DNA of 26,621 nucleotides, from NCBI GenBank assembly GCA_036336835.1, contig JAYZFK010000085.1, positions 1 to 26,621 of the forward strand. Direction: 5' to 3'. Positions 16,394-26,621 of the stretch are shown here, piece after piece. Under the pieces are notes generated by a model. The model did not search any database, was not told where the DNA came from, and was given only the letters and a program-made list of their open reading frames with translations. The stretch is from Myxococcota bacterium (lineage in GTDB: Bacteria > Myxococcota_A > UBA9160 > UBA4427). Made by a program: the position numbers and the translations under genes. Each line of letters begins with the position of its first letter. The stretch's first letter is position 1.

Positions 16394-16421
16394 TCAACGC
16401 CTGCTGCGGATCTGCCGATGA
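16394..16421 (+). promoter_or_regulatory. Sigma-28 (FliA/WhiG)-like promoter upstream of the pilT operon
   Basis: TCAA-N16-GCCGATGA compared with consensus TAAA-N15-GCCGATAA. Confidence 0.45.
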
Positions 16422-16431
16422 GTCGCGAGAC

Positions 16432-17997
16432 ATGAGCGGATCTGCCAAGCAACCTGTCCCGCTGCTGGGTCGTCTCGCGGTCCAGCTCGAGCTGATGACG
16501 CCCGACCAGCTGAGCCAGGCCCTGGCGGCGCGCGCCCGCCGGCCCGACCAGCCGATCGGCGACCTGTTCGTCGAGCTCGGCCTGCTCTCCCCGACGCAGC
16601 TCGAGAAGCTGGCGCAGGTGCAGCGCGATGTGATCGCCAGGCACCGCGCCAAGGCCGCTGCAGCAAAGGCACAGTCGCCCAGCTCGGCGGCCGTTGCCGC
16701 GCCGCCGGTCCATCAGCCTGCGCCCGCTGCGCCCGCGCCCGCTGTGCCCGCGCCCGCCCCGCCGAAGCTCGCGATGCCGGCGCCCGTGCCGCAGACTGCG
16801 GCCGCAGCGGCCGAGCCGCAGCCCGCCTCCATCGCGACGCCGCCGGTCGCGGCTCCGCCGCAGAAGCCCGCCGGCGCGTCCGTGGCAAGCGACGGCCCGG
16901 CCGCCGAATGCGAGTCGCTCGGACTCACACTGGGACGAGGTGAGGGCGACCGCGATCGCCTCCTCGAGATCCTGCGGGTCGCGGTAGAGGCCGGTGCGAG
17001 CGACATCCACATTCACGCCGGTGCGCCCGTCATGCTGCGGACCCACGGCGTCATGGCCAGCACCGGCGAGGCGCCGCTTGGCGCGGAGGAGGCCGAGCGG
17101 CTCACGCTCGCTGCACTCGAGCCCTACGAGCAGGAAGAGCTCGCGCGGGCGGGCGAGATCGATGCGTGCCTCGCCGCCGAGGGCATCGGCCGGTTCCGTC
17201 TCAACGCCTATCGTCAGCAGCGCGGCTTCGACGCTGTCTTTCGATCGATTCCGGCCGAGCCGCCGACGCTCGCGAGCCTGGGCCTGCCCGAGGAGCTCGG
17301 CCGTTTCACGCACTATCACCAGGGCATGGTGCTGATCACAGGACCGGCCGGCTGCGGCAAGTCCGCGACGATGGCCGCACTGGTGAACATGATCAACGGA
17401 GATCGCGACGAACACATCCTGACCGTCGAGGATCCGATCGAGTACGTGCACCGGCCGAAGCGCTGCCACGTAAACCAGCGCCACGCGGGACGTCACACCG
17501 GAAGCTTCGCGCGCGCACTCCGCGCGGCGCTGCGCGAGGATCCGGACGTGATCGTGATCGGCGAGCTGCGCGATCTGGAGACCATCTCGCTCGCCATGAC
17601 CGCCGCCGAGACGGGTCACTTCGTGCTTGCGACGCTGCACACTGCGAACGCTGTGCGCACGATCAACCGGATGATCGGTGCCTTCCCGTCGAACCGGCAG
17701 GGTCAGGTGCGCACGATGCTGTCGGAATCGCTGCGTGCCGTGATCTCGCAGCGTCTGGTGCCGACCGCCGATGAGTCGAAGCGAGTCGCCGCGCTCGAGA
17801 CCCTGGTCGTCAACAAGGCGATCGCGAATCTGATACGCGACGAGAAGACCGTCCAGATCCGTTCGGCTCTCCAGACCGGTGCCGCCCTTGGGATGCGCCT
17901 GCTCGAGCAGTCGCTCGACGAGCTGGTGCGCTCGGGGACGATCACGCTCGAGGCAGCCCTCGGACTGGCCGAGGACAAGAAGCTCCTGCAGGGCTGA
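16432..17997 (+). CDS. pilT: PilT/PilU family type IV pilus retraction ATPase with N-terminal MshEN-like domain and Pro/Ala linker, 521 aa
   Basis: ASDIHI, RFRLNAY, GPAGCGKS, TVEDPIEY, ALREDPDVIVIGELRD, AAETGH..ATLHT, AIANLIRD (AIRNLIRE-like). Confidence 0.9.
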   Translation: MSGSAKQPVPLLGRLAVQLELMTPDQLSQALAARARRPDQPIGDLFVELGLLSPTQLEKLAQVQRDVIARHRAKAAAAKAQSPSSAAVAAPPVHQPAPAAPAPAVPAPAPPKLAMPAPVPQTAAAAAEPQPASIATPPVAAPPQKPAGASVASDGPAAECESLGLTLGRGEGDRDRLLEILRVAVEAGASDIHIHAGAPVMLRTHGVMASTGEAPLGAEEAERLTLAALEPYEQEELARAGEIDACLAAEGIGRFRLNAYRQQRGFDAVFRSIPAEPPTLASLGLPEELGRFTHYHQGMVLITGPAGCGKSATMAALVNMINGDRDEHILTVEDPIEYVHRPKRCHVNQRHAGRHTGSFARALRAALREDPDVIVIGELRDLETISLAMTAAETGHFVLATLHTANAVRTINRMIGAFPSNRQGQVRTMLSESLRAVISQRLVPTADESKRVAALETLVVNKAIANLIRDEKTVQIRSALQTGAALGMRLLEQSLDELVRSGTITLEAALGLAEDKKLLQG

Positions 17998-18008
17998 GGA
18001 AGCGACAC

Positions 18009-19073
18009 GTGGCACAGCTCGACGAACTACTGGTCTACCTGAAGGAGAACGACGGCTCGGATCTCCACCTGGCGGCGGGTCTGGAGCCGCGGATCCGCGC
18101 CAAGGGCCGGATTCGCGCCATCGAGGGGCGGGCACCGCTCGGCGATGGAGAGCTGCGCGGTCTGCTCGAAGAGCTTGCCTCGCCCAAGAGCTGGAACGAG
18201 TTCGAGACGACCAATGACGCCGACTTTGCCTATGGCCTCGCGGGAGTGGCACGCTTTCGCGCCAACTACTTCGTGCAGCAGAGGGGTGCGGGCGCGGTGT
18301 TTCGCATCATTCCCGAGGAGATCGTCTCGCTCGAGGACCTGAAGCTGTCGGAAGCGATCGGTCGCCTGGCGCACCTCAGCGAGGGACTCGTTCTGGTCAC
18401 GGGCCCGACCGGATCCGGGAAGTCGACCACACTTGCGGCAATCATCAACCAGATCAACACGACCTATTCGAAGCACATCGTGACGATCGAGGACCCGGTC
18501 GAGTTCGTGCATCAGAACCGCAGCGCCGTGTTCTCGCACCGGGAGGTCGGGCTGCACACCCTGGGCTTCGAGCCCGCCCTGCGTTCGGCGATCCGTCAGG
18601 ATGCGGATGTGATCCTGGTCGGCGAGCTGCGAGAGCGCGAGACGATCGGGCTTGCGATCACCGCGGCCGAGATGGGCATGCTGGTCTTCGGCACACTGCA
18701 CACGAACACCGCCGCCAAGACGATCGACCGCATCATCGATGCCTTCCCCGCGGACGAGCAGAACATGGTTCGCATGTCGCTCGCCGAGTCACTGGCCGGC
18801 ATCGTGTCGCAGCAACTGCTGCCGACAGCGGACGGCAGGGGTCGCTGTGCAGCAAACGAAATCCTGCTCAAGACGCCCGGCCTGCCCAACGTGATCCGAG
18901 AGGGCAATACACAAATGCTCTATTCGATCATCCAGTCCGGGAAGGGCCAGGGCATGCAGGCGATGGACGATGTGCTCTGGGACTTCTGCGAGCAGGGTCG
19001 GATCACCGCCCGCGACGCCTACATGAAGGCCGCAGACAAGGCCCGCTTCGAGAGCCTGCTGAAGGAAGGTTGA
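18009..19073 (+). CDS. pilT: PilT/PilU family retraction ATPase, 354 aa
   Basis: GSDLHL, RFRANYF, GPTGSGKSTT, TIEDPVEF, ILVGELRE, FGTLHT, GMQAMD. SD GAGG upstream of GTG. Confidence 0.92.
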   Translation: MAQLDELLVYLKENDGSDLHLAAGLEPRIRAKGRIRAIEGRAPLGDGELRGLLEELASPKSWNEFETTNDADFAYGLAGVARFRANYFVQQRGAGAVFRIIPEEIVSLEDLKLSEAIGRLAHLSEGLVLVTGPTGSGKSTTLAAIINQINTTYSKHIVTIEDPVEFVHQNRSAVFSHREVGLHTLGFEPALRSAIRQDADVILVGELRERETIGLAITAAEMGMLVFGTLHTNTAAKTIDRIIDAFPADEQNMVRMSLAESLAGIVSQQLLPTADGRGRCAANEILLKTPGLPNVIREGNTQMLYSIIQSGKGQGMQAMDDVLWDFCEQGRITARDAYMKAADKARFESLLKEG

Positions 19074-19088
19074 AGTAGAGTCCAGCGC

Positions 19089-20261
19089 ATGCGGCGCTGG
19101 ATGATCGCTCTCGCTGTCATCGCCTTGCTCTCCCTGGTTGCGGTGAGCGCGCACTTGTACGTGATCCAGCGCATGGTCCACGACGCCGGGCTGGCCTCTC
19201 CGTGGGCGGAGCTCGGCGCGGCGCTGGTGTGGGCGGGGTTTGCGGCGATGTTGCTGCACCCGTTGTGTGAGCGTCTGCTCCCGCACCGGGTCGCGCGCTG
19301 GATCTCGCTGCCAGCGACCACCTGGATGGGCCTGTTGTTCTGGCTGCTGCTTGCGCTCGGCGCTTCGGAGCTGGTGCTGCTGCTCGGAGAGAGAACTGCC
19401 TTCGCTTCGGCCGAGGGCACCTCGCTGCCGAGCAGTGCCAAAGCGCTGCGCGCGGCAGCGGTGGGCTTGCTCGTGCTGGTGGCTGCGAGCGTTGCGCACC
19501 GCGAGGCGCGCCGCGGTCCGCGCGACGTACGCGTCGAGATCGAGCTCGCGCGTTGGCCGCAGGCTCTCGACGGCTATCGCATCGCGCAGATCAGTGACAT
19601 CCACATCGGTCCGATGCTCGGTCGCCGTTTCGCCCGCGAGCTGACCGAGAGGGTGAACGCGCTCCAAGCCGATCTGGTGGCCGTGACCGGGGATCTCGCC
19701 GACGGCAGCCGCGCCCATCTCGCGGACGAGGTCGCTCCCTTCGGCGAGCTATACGCTCGCGACGGGGTGTTCTTCGTGACCGGGAATCACGATTTCTACT
19801 CTGGGGTGGACGACTGGGTCGAGTGTGTCGCGGGGCTGGGCATGCGCGTGCTGCGCAACGAGCACTTGTGGATCGAGCGGGGGGGTGCCGGCTTCGTGCT
19901 CGCCGGCGTGGACGATCACCGCGGGGGCATGTTGTCGGACCAGGGTGGCGAGGACCTCGGTCTCGCCCTCGAAGGCGTGCCCGAAGGGCGGGCCGTGGTG
20001 CTGCTGGCTCACGATCCCTCGACCTTCAAGCGAGCGCACGCGCGCGGCGTCGACCTGCAGCTCTCGGGTCACACGCACGGCGGGCAGATCTGGCCATTTC
20101 ACTGGCTCGTGCGGCTGGCGATCCCGTTCGTCGCTGGGCGCTACCGGCGGGGCGACGCCGAGCTGTACGTGAGTCGGGGCTCCGGGTTCTGGGGCCCTCC
20201 CATGCGTCTCGGCTCGCCCGCGGAGATCACCGAGATCGTGCTGTGCGCGCCGAGAGCCTGA
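19089..20261 (+). CDS. Membrane-bound metallophosphoesterase (YkuE/YaeI-like, calcineurin-like fold)
   Basis: N-terminal TM helices; ISDIH, TGDLAD, GNHD, LLAHDP, LSGHTHGGQ, YVSRGSG.WGPPMR...PAEI. Confidence 0.92.
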   Translation: MRRWMIALAVIALLSLVAVSAHLYVIQRMVHDAGLASPWAELGAALVWAGFAAMLLHPLCERLLPHRVARWISLPATTWMGLLFWLLLALGASELVLLLGERTAFASAEGTSLPSSAKALRAAAVGLLVLVAASVAHREARRGPRDVRVEIELARWPQALDGYRIAQISDIHIGPMLGRRFARELTERVNALQADLVAVTGDLADGSRAHLADEVAPFGELYARDGVFFVTGNHDFYSGVDDWVECVAGLGMRVLRNEHLWIERGGAGFVLAGVDDHRGGMLSDQGGEDLGLALEGVPEGRAVVLLAHDPSTFKRAHARGVDLQLSGHTHGGQIWPFHWLVRLAIPFVAGRYRRGDAELYVSRGSGFWGPPMRLGSPAEITEIVLCAPRA

Positions 20262-20391
20262 CGCGGAGCGCCCGCGGCCGTGCGCTACATCGCCGTGCTT
20301 CCATCCGCCTGTGCGGCACCGCACGATGCGCGCCAGGTCCTGCGTGCTCCGGCCAACGGACGCGGCGGTGGACCGAAAGGGTGCTGCTCGA

Positions 20392-21084
20392 TCATTCGAC
20401 GATGCTGATCAGCTCTACTTCGAACACCAGCGCTGCGCCGCCTGGAATAGCGGGCGGGGCTCCGGCATCGCCATAGCCGAGCTCGGCTGGGCACACCAGC
20501 CGGCTCTTGCCGCCCACGCTCATCGTCACTACGCCCTCCTGCCAGCAGCGCACGACCCGCGCCAGCGCCGTGGTGAACGGCTGTCCCCGATCGACGGACG
20601 AGTCGAAGATCGTGCCGTCAGTCAGCGTGCCGTGGTAGTGGACCTCGACCGTGTCGTCTGCCGTCGGCGATCGCCCCGTCCCGGCAACCAGCTCTTCGAC
20701 CAGCAGACCGCTATCGAGCTTGCGCACACCGGGCTTCTTGGCCTCCTCGGCGAGGAACTTGAGCGAGGCTTCCTTGGCCGCTGCGGTGGACTGCTCCACC
20801 CGGGTCTTCATCAGCAGCTGCGCGGCTTGACCGTACTTCCTTCGGTCGAGGTCGAGCGCCTTGCCTGTGGCCACGTCCGCGATGCCGCTCTTTACGAACT
20901 CGATCTCGGCCTCAGTCAGCTGGAAGCGCGTGAGACTGCTGCCTGCCATCACACCGAGGTAGTAGAGCGTCTTCTCTTCTTCGGTCTCCGGCTGCTTGGC
21001 GGTCGCGGGGAGTGCGGCGGCCAGGGCGGCGGCTACCAGCAGTGCGGTGTGTCGCCGCGTTTCCAGCCGGATCGATCGTTTCAT
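20392..21084 (-). CDS. FKBP-type peptidyl-prolyl isomerase (FkpA/Mip-like) with signal peptide
   Basis: VEVHYHGTLTDGTIFDSS, WQEGV..MSVGGK, CPAELGYG, IPGGAALVFEVEL. SD AAAGGAG. Confidence 0.94.
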   Translation of the reverse strand: MKRSIRLETRRHTALLVAAALAAALPATAKQPETEEEKTLYYLGVMAGSSLTRFQLTEAEIEFVKSGIADVATGKALDLDRRKYGQAAQLLMKTRVEQSTAAAKEASLKFLAEEAKKPGVRKLDSGLLVEELVAGTGRSPTADDTVEVHYHGTLTDGTIFDSSVDRGQPFTTALARVVRCWQEGVVTMSVGGKSRLVCPAELGYGDAGAPPAIPGGAALVFEVELISIVE

Positions 21085-21126
21085 CTCGTTCTCCTTTGCG
21101 GGCTCGCCTGAGTCCGGGGAGGCCGG

Positions 21127-21165
21127 AGCATACCAACGAAATCCTTGGGCGCGCTCCCGTACACT
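21127..21165. promoter_or_regulatory. Divergent -10 elements: extended TGnTATGCT on - (hexamer 21132-21127, FKBP) and TACACT on + (21160-21165, esterase)
   Basis: Both fit TANNNT and lie in the 88-bp divergent gap. Confidence 0.5.
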
Positions 21166-21172
21166 GGTCCGC

Positions 21173-22255
21173 GTGAGTCCCGATCGATTCCATGCCGCGG
21201 TCGCCCGGATCGGTCCCGCTTTGCTGCGCAGCCTGGCGGGACTCGAGCACGTGGAGCGCCACCTGCATCCGCCGGCGATGGCGCGTGTGCGCGAGCCGCT
21301 GGGCGCGCTGGCAGATGATCTCGACGAGGGGCGCGCCGAGCTGCGTCGCGCCCGCGTTCCGACGGAGCTGGATGCCTTTGCAGCCGCGCTCGGGGCCGCA
21401 GGCGATCACGCTTACGAAGCGCTGTCGCGCTTCGTCGACCCGGGCGGGGACATCGGGCGCGTGCTGCTCGGCATGCACTTCCACCACCGCGCCGAGGCCG
21501 TCTTGTATCCGCTGCGCCGGGCACTGCCGCCGGTGAGTCGGTTCTTCGTCGAGAAGGCATTTGCCGATCGGCTGGACGTGCTCGATCCGGATCCGCCCAG
21601 CGAGGGCAGCGGCCTGCACGAGACATCGGGTGCAACGAGCGGGCGCGGTGGCTTCAGTCTCTACGTACCCGAGTCGGTTCGCGAGCACGAGCCATTGCCG
21701 TTGATCGTCGCGCTGCACGGGGGCAGCGGACACGGTGGGGACTTCCTGTGGAGCTGGCTGCGCGAGGCGAGAAGTCGCCGATGTCTGCTGCTGGCGCCGA
21801 CGTCACAGCGTTCCACCTGGTCGCTGATGGGGCCCGACGTCGACACACCGCAGCTGCTGCGCATGATCGACTTCGTCGGCGAGCGCTGGCCGCTCGATCG
21901 CGAGCGTATGCTGCTGACTGGGCTCTCGGACGGTGCGACGTTCTGCCTGCTGTCGGGTCTGGGCGAGGACAGCCCCTTCAGCGCACTCGCACCGGCCTCG
22001 GGCGTGCTTCACCCGATGAACTTTCGCAATGGAAACATGGAACGAGCGCGCGGGCGCCGCATCTACCTCGTCCACGGAGCCCTCGACTGGATGTTTCCCA
22101 TCCAGACGGCTCGGTCCGCCGCACAGGAGCTGCTCGAGGCCGGAGCGGATCTCGAGTTCCACGAGGTCGAAGACCTCTCTCACACCTACCCGAGAGAGCA
22201 CAACGCCAGGATCCTCGACTGGCTCGGGATCGGCGTCGAATCGTCGACTCGCTGA
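21173..22255 (+). CDS. Alpha/beta hydrolase (phospholipase/carboxylesterase-like) with N-terminal helical extension, about 360 aa
   Basis: LYVPE..PLPLIVALHGGSG, TGLSDGA (GxSxG), VHGALDWMFP, LSHTY. GTG start at 21173 is inferred. Confidence 0.82.
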   Translation: MSPDRFHAAVARIGPALLRSLAGLEHVERHLHPPAMARVREPLGALADDLDEGRAELRRARVPTELDAFAAALGAAGDHAYEALSRFVDPGGDIGRVLLGMHFHHRAEAVLYPLRRALPPVSRFFVEKAFADRLDVLDPDPPSEGSGLHETSGATSGRGGFSLYVPESVREHEPLPLIVALHGGSGHGGDFLWSWLREARSRRCLLLAPTSQRSTWSLMGPDVDTPQLLRMIDFVGERWPLDRERMLLTGLSDGATFCLLSGLGEDSPFSALAPASGVLHPMNFRNGNMERARGRRIYLVHGALDWMFPIQTARSAAQELLEAGADLEFHEVEDLSHTYPREHNARILDWLGIGVESSTR

Positions 22256-22307
22256 TTCAGTGCGAACCGGGTCGGTCCAGAAGACGAACGCTCGAAGGGT
22301 CGATCAG

Positions 22308-25148
<2,841 letters not shown>

Positions 25149-25225
25149 CGCGGCGGCCGAGTCTACTCGATGCTCGCGCGTGGCGAAAAAAAGACGAATA
25201 TCGTCCGGGTGTCCTCTCCTCGTCT

Positions 25226-25252
25226 TCAGTCGGCCTAGTGCCCCGCCGATAC
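25226..25252 (+). promoter_or_regulatory. Sigma-28-like promoter upstream of the small membrane protein
   Basis: TCAG-N15-GCCGATAC. Confidence 0.45.
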
Positions 25253-25315
25253 AGTCGGAGACCGGGAGGCGATGCCTTCCGGCCACGCAGGCCCATGCAG
25301 GCAGGAGGGATCCCG

Positions 25316-25654
25316 ATGTTCGGTCTCATTCGGCACAGCCGCGCGAGCCGTGTCCGACACGCGATTGCGGCGCTGTGCGCGCTGGTGATGGTGGCGGGCC
25401 TGGCCGATCCGGCTTTCGCTGGAAGCGAGTACGAGTCGCAGCTCCCGGAGGAGAATGCGACCTCCAACCTGGTCGTGGACGCGATGTTCCTTCGCCCGCT
25501 CGGTCTGGTCGCCCTGGCTGGCGGTCTGAGCCTGTTCGTGCTGATCATCCCGATTACGCTGTTCACGCGCCCGCAACAGATCAACGAGCCGTTCGGCTGG
25601 CTGGTCGTCGCACCGGCCCGCTACGTCTGGCTCGACGGACTCGGCGAGCACTAG
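25316..25654 (+). CDS. Small exported/membrane hypothetical protein, 112 aa
   Basis: SD GGAGG at 25304-25308. Signal peptide ending PAFA, then [12 protein letters not shown], a hydrophobic segment, and LVVAPARY...LGE. Confidence 0.75.
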   Translation: MFGLIRHSRASRVRHAIAALCALVMVAGLADPAFAGSEYESQLPEENATSNLVVDAMFLRPLGLVALAGGLSLFVLIIPITLFTRPQQINEPFGWLVVAPARYVWLDGLGEH

Positions 25655-25812
25655 CAGCTCGATCCCGGTCCGTTGCTCGCAAGACGGTGCCTCACCGTCC
25701 GGGGTTGCGGCGCTGTCGTCGATCCGAAGGGCCCGCCCGCAATCCTGCTGGGTGATCCGCGCTAGCCTGCTCGGATCGTGAGCCCCGCCGCCCGTCCCAC
25801 CCGAGCTGTGAG

Positions 25813-26621
25813 ATGAAGCGACTGCTCGTGGTCGGCGCAAGCCTGGTCGCGCTTGCAGTGGGCCTGGCGAGCGCGGGCTATCTGCTGCGCTTCGAGCTCT
25901 TGAGCTGGCAGCTCGAGCTTCCGGCCTGGACGCACCGTGTCGGGGCAGAGCGCAGCCTGCGTGTCGCGATGCGCGACGGGGTCGAGCTCGCGACGACGGT
26001 GTTCGAGCCCGCAGGCGAGGGTCCGTGGCCGACCGTCTTCCTGCGCAACCCCTACGACGTTCCGTTCGTCAGCAGCTGGTGCGGCATTTTCATCCGCTTC
26101 GGTTATGCCTGCGTCTACCAGGAAACGCGCGGACAGATCGATTCCGGCGGCGAGTGGGAGCCGATGGTCAACGAGCCGAACGACGGCGAAGACGCGCTCG
26201 CCTGGCTGGTCGACCAGCCGTTCCACGACGGGAACATCGGCTTCTACGGCCCGTCCTACCTTGCGAGCGTGCAGTGGGCAATGGCCTCCCGCGGCCTTCC
26301 GCCCGAGGTCAAGACGATGGTGCCGATGATGTTCGGCACCGACATGTACAGCCTGGCATACGAGCGCGGCATGTTCCGCCACGAGATCCTGACGGCCTGG
26401 AGCGCGCTGATGCCGGGACGCGGTTTCGAGACCGACAACAGTGAGCACTACCAGGACATCGTCCGACACCGCCCGCACATCGAGATCGACGACCACTACC
26501 TCGGGACCCGGATCGACTGGTACCGCGACTACGTGACCAATCCCGGGCGCGGCGATCCACTGTGGCAGCGCCGCGAGCTCGCGGAAGTGATCGCGGCGCC
26601 GGCCAGGACGCAGATTCCCGT
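25813..26621 (+). CDS. CocE/NonD family serine hydrolase (peptidase S15), 3' truncated; absent from the ORF track
   Basis: Manual translation from ATG 25813: N-terminal TM, MRDGVELATTVFEP, PTVFLRNPY, QETRG..DSGG, DGEDALAWL..QPFHDGNIGFYGPSYLA. Open to the window end. Confidence 0.9.
   Translation, partial: MKRLLVVGASLVALAVGLASAGYLLRFELLSWQLELPAWTHRVGAERSLRVAMRDGVELATTVFEPAGEGPWPTVFLRNPYDVPFVSSWCGIFIRFGYACVYQETRGQIDSGGEWEPMVNEPNDGEDALAWLVDQPFHDGNIGFYGPSYLASVQWAMASRGLPPEVKTMVPMMFGTDMYSLAYERGMFRHEILTAWSALMPGRGFETDNSEHYQDIVRHRPHIEIDDHYLGTRIDWYRDYVTNPGRGDPLWQRRELAEVIAAPARTQIP

Noticed and set aside
16650..16900. GC-rich quasi-repeats (GCGCCCGC units)
   Set aside because: Explained by the Pro/Ala linker codons of the PilT fusion; not an independent repeat element.
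15790..18252. 820-aa minus-strand ORF
   Set aside because: Mostly antisense to the two well-supported pilT genes, with no recognisable motifs; a typical high-GC shadow ORF.
20262..20391. Gap between convergent genes with a small GTGCGG-CA-CCGCAC inverted repeat
   Set aside because: Short stem, no U-tract and no tRNA or ncRNA hallmarks.
25655..25812. Hairpin GACGGTG-CCT-CACCGTC and GATCCG...CGGATC inverted repeat
   Set aside because: Could be weak terminator or operator elements, but they are short and expected at this GC content.

Overview
A GC-rich (about 70% by eye) bacterial chromosomal segment, densely coding with about 24 CDS. I found no rRNA, tRNA, CRISPR array, transposase, integrase or phage gene. 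The gene content (PilT pair, Hanks kinase with PP2C, AOR) suggests a Myxococcota/deltaproteobacterial-type organism, but that is inference only. In order: 3' end of a tungsten-family aldehyde:ferredoxin oxidoreductase, a terminator, and tandem moeA / moeA-PBP genes; an operon of a CNNM/CorB-like transporter, a membrane-anchored split-barrel protein, an rlmD-like methyltransferase and an orphan TOPRIM-like protein; a flippase-like membrane protein; a Zn alcohol dehydrogenase; a degenerate parvulin; a SAM methyltransferase; a tiny acidic secreted peptide behind a CRP-type site; a DSD1-family PLP enzyme; a PP2C convergent with a Ser/Thr kinase carrying four zinc ribbons; yhbY; an MshEN-like-PilT fusion, a second PilT/PilU and a metallophosphoesterase; an FKBP; an esterase; uvrA; a small membrane protein; and the 5' part of a CocE/NonD hydrolase. 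The best leads are the PP2C / zinc-ribbon kinase / MshEN-PilT neighbourhood, the orphan TOPRIM protein, a duplication-born 17-codon bridging ORF between the moeA genes, and the CRP class II promoter geometry. All assignments come from motif recognition by eye; no searches were run.
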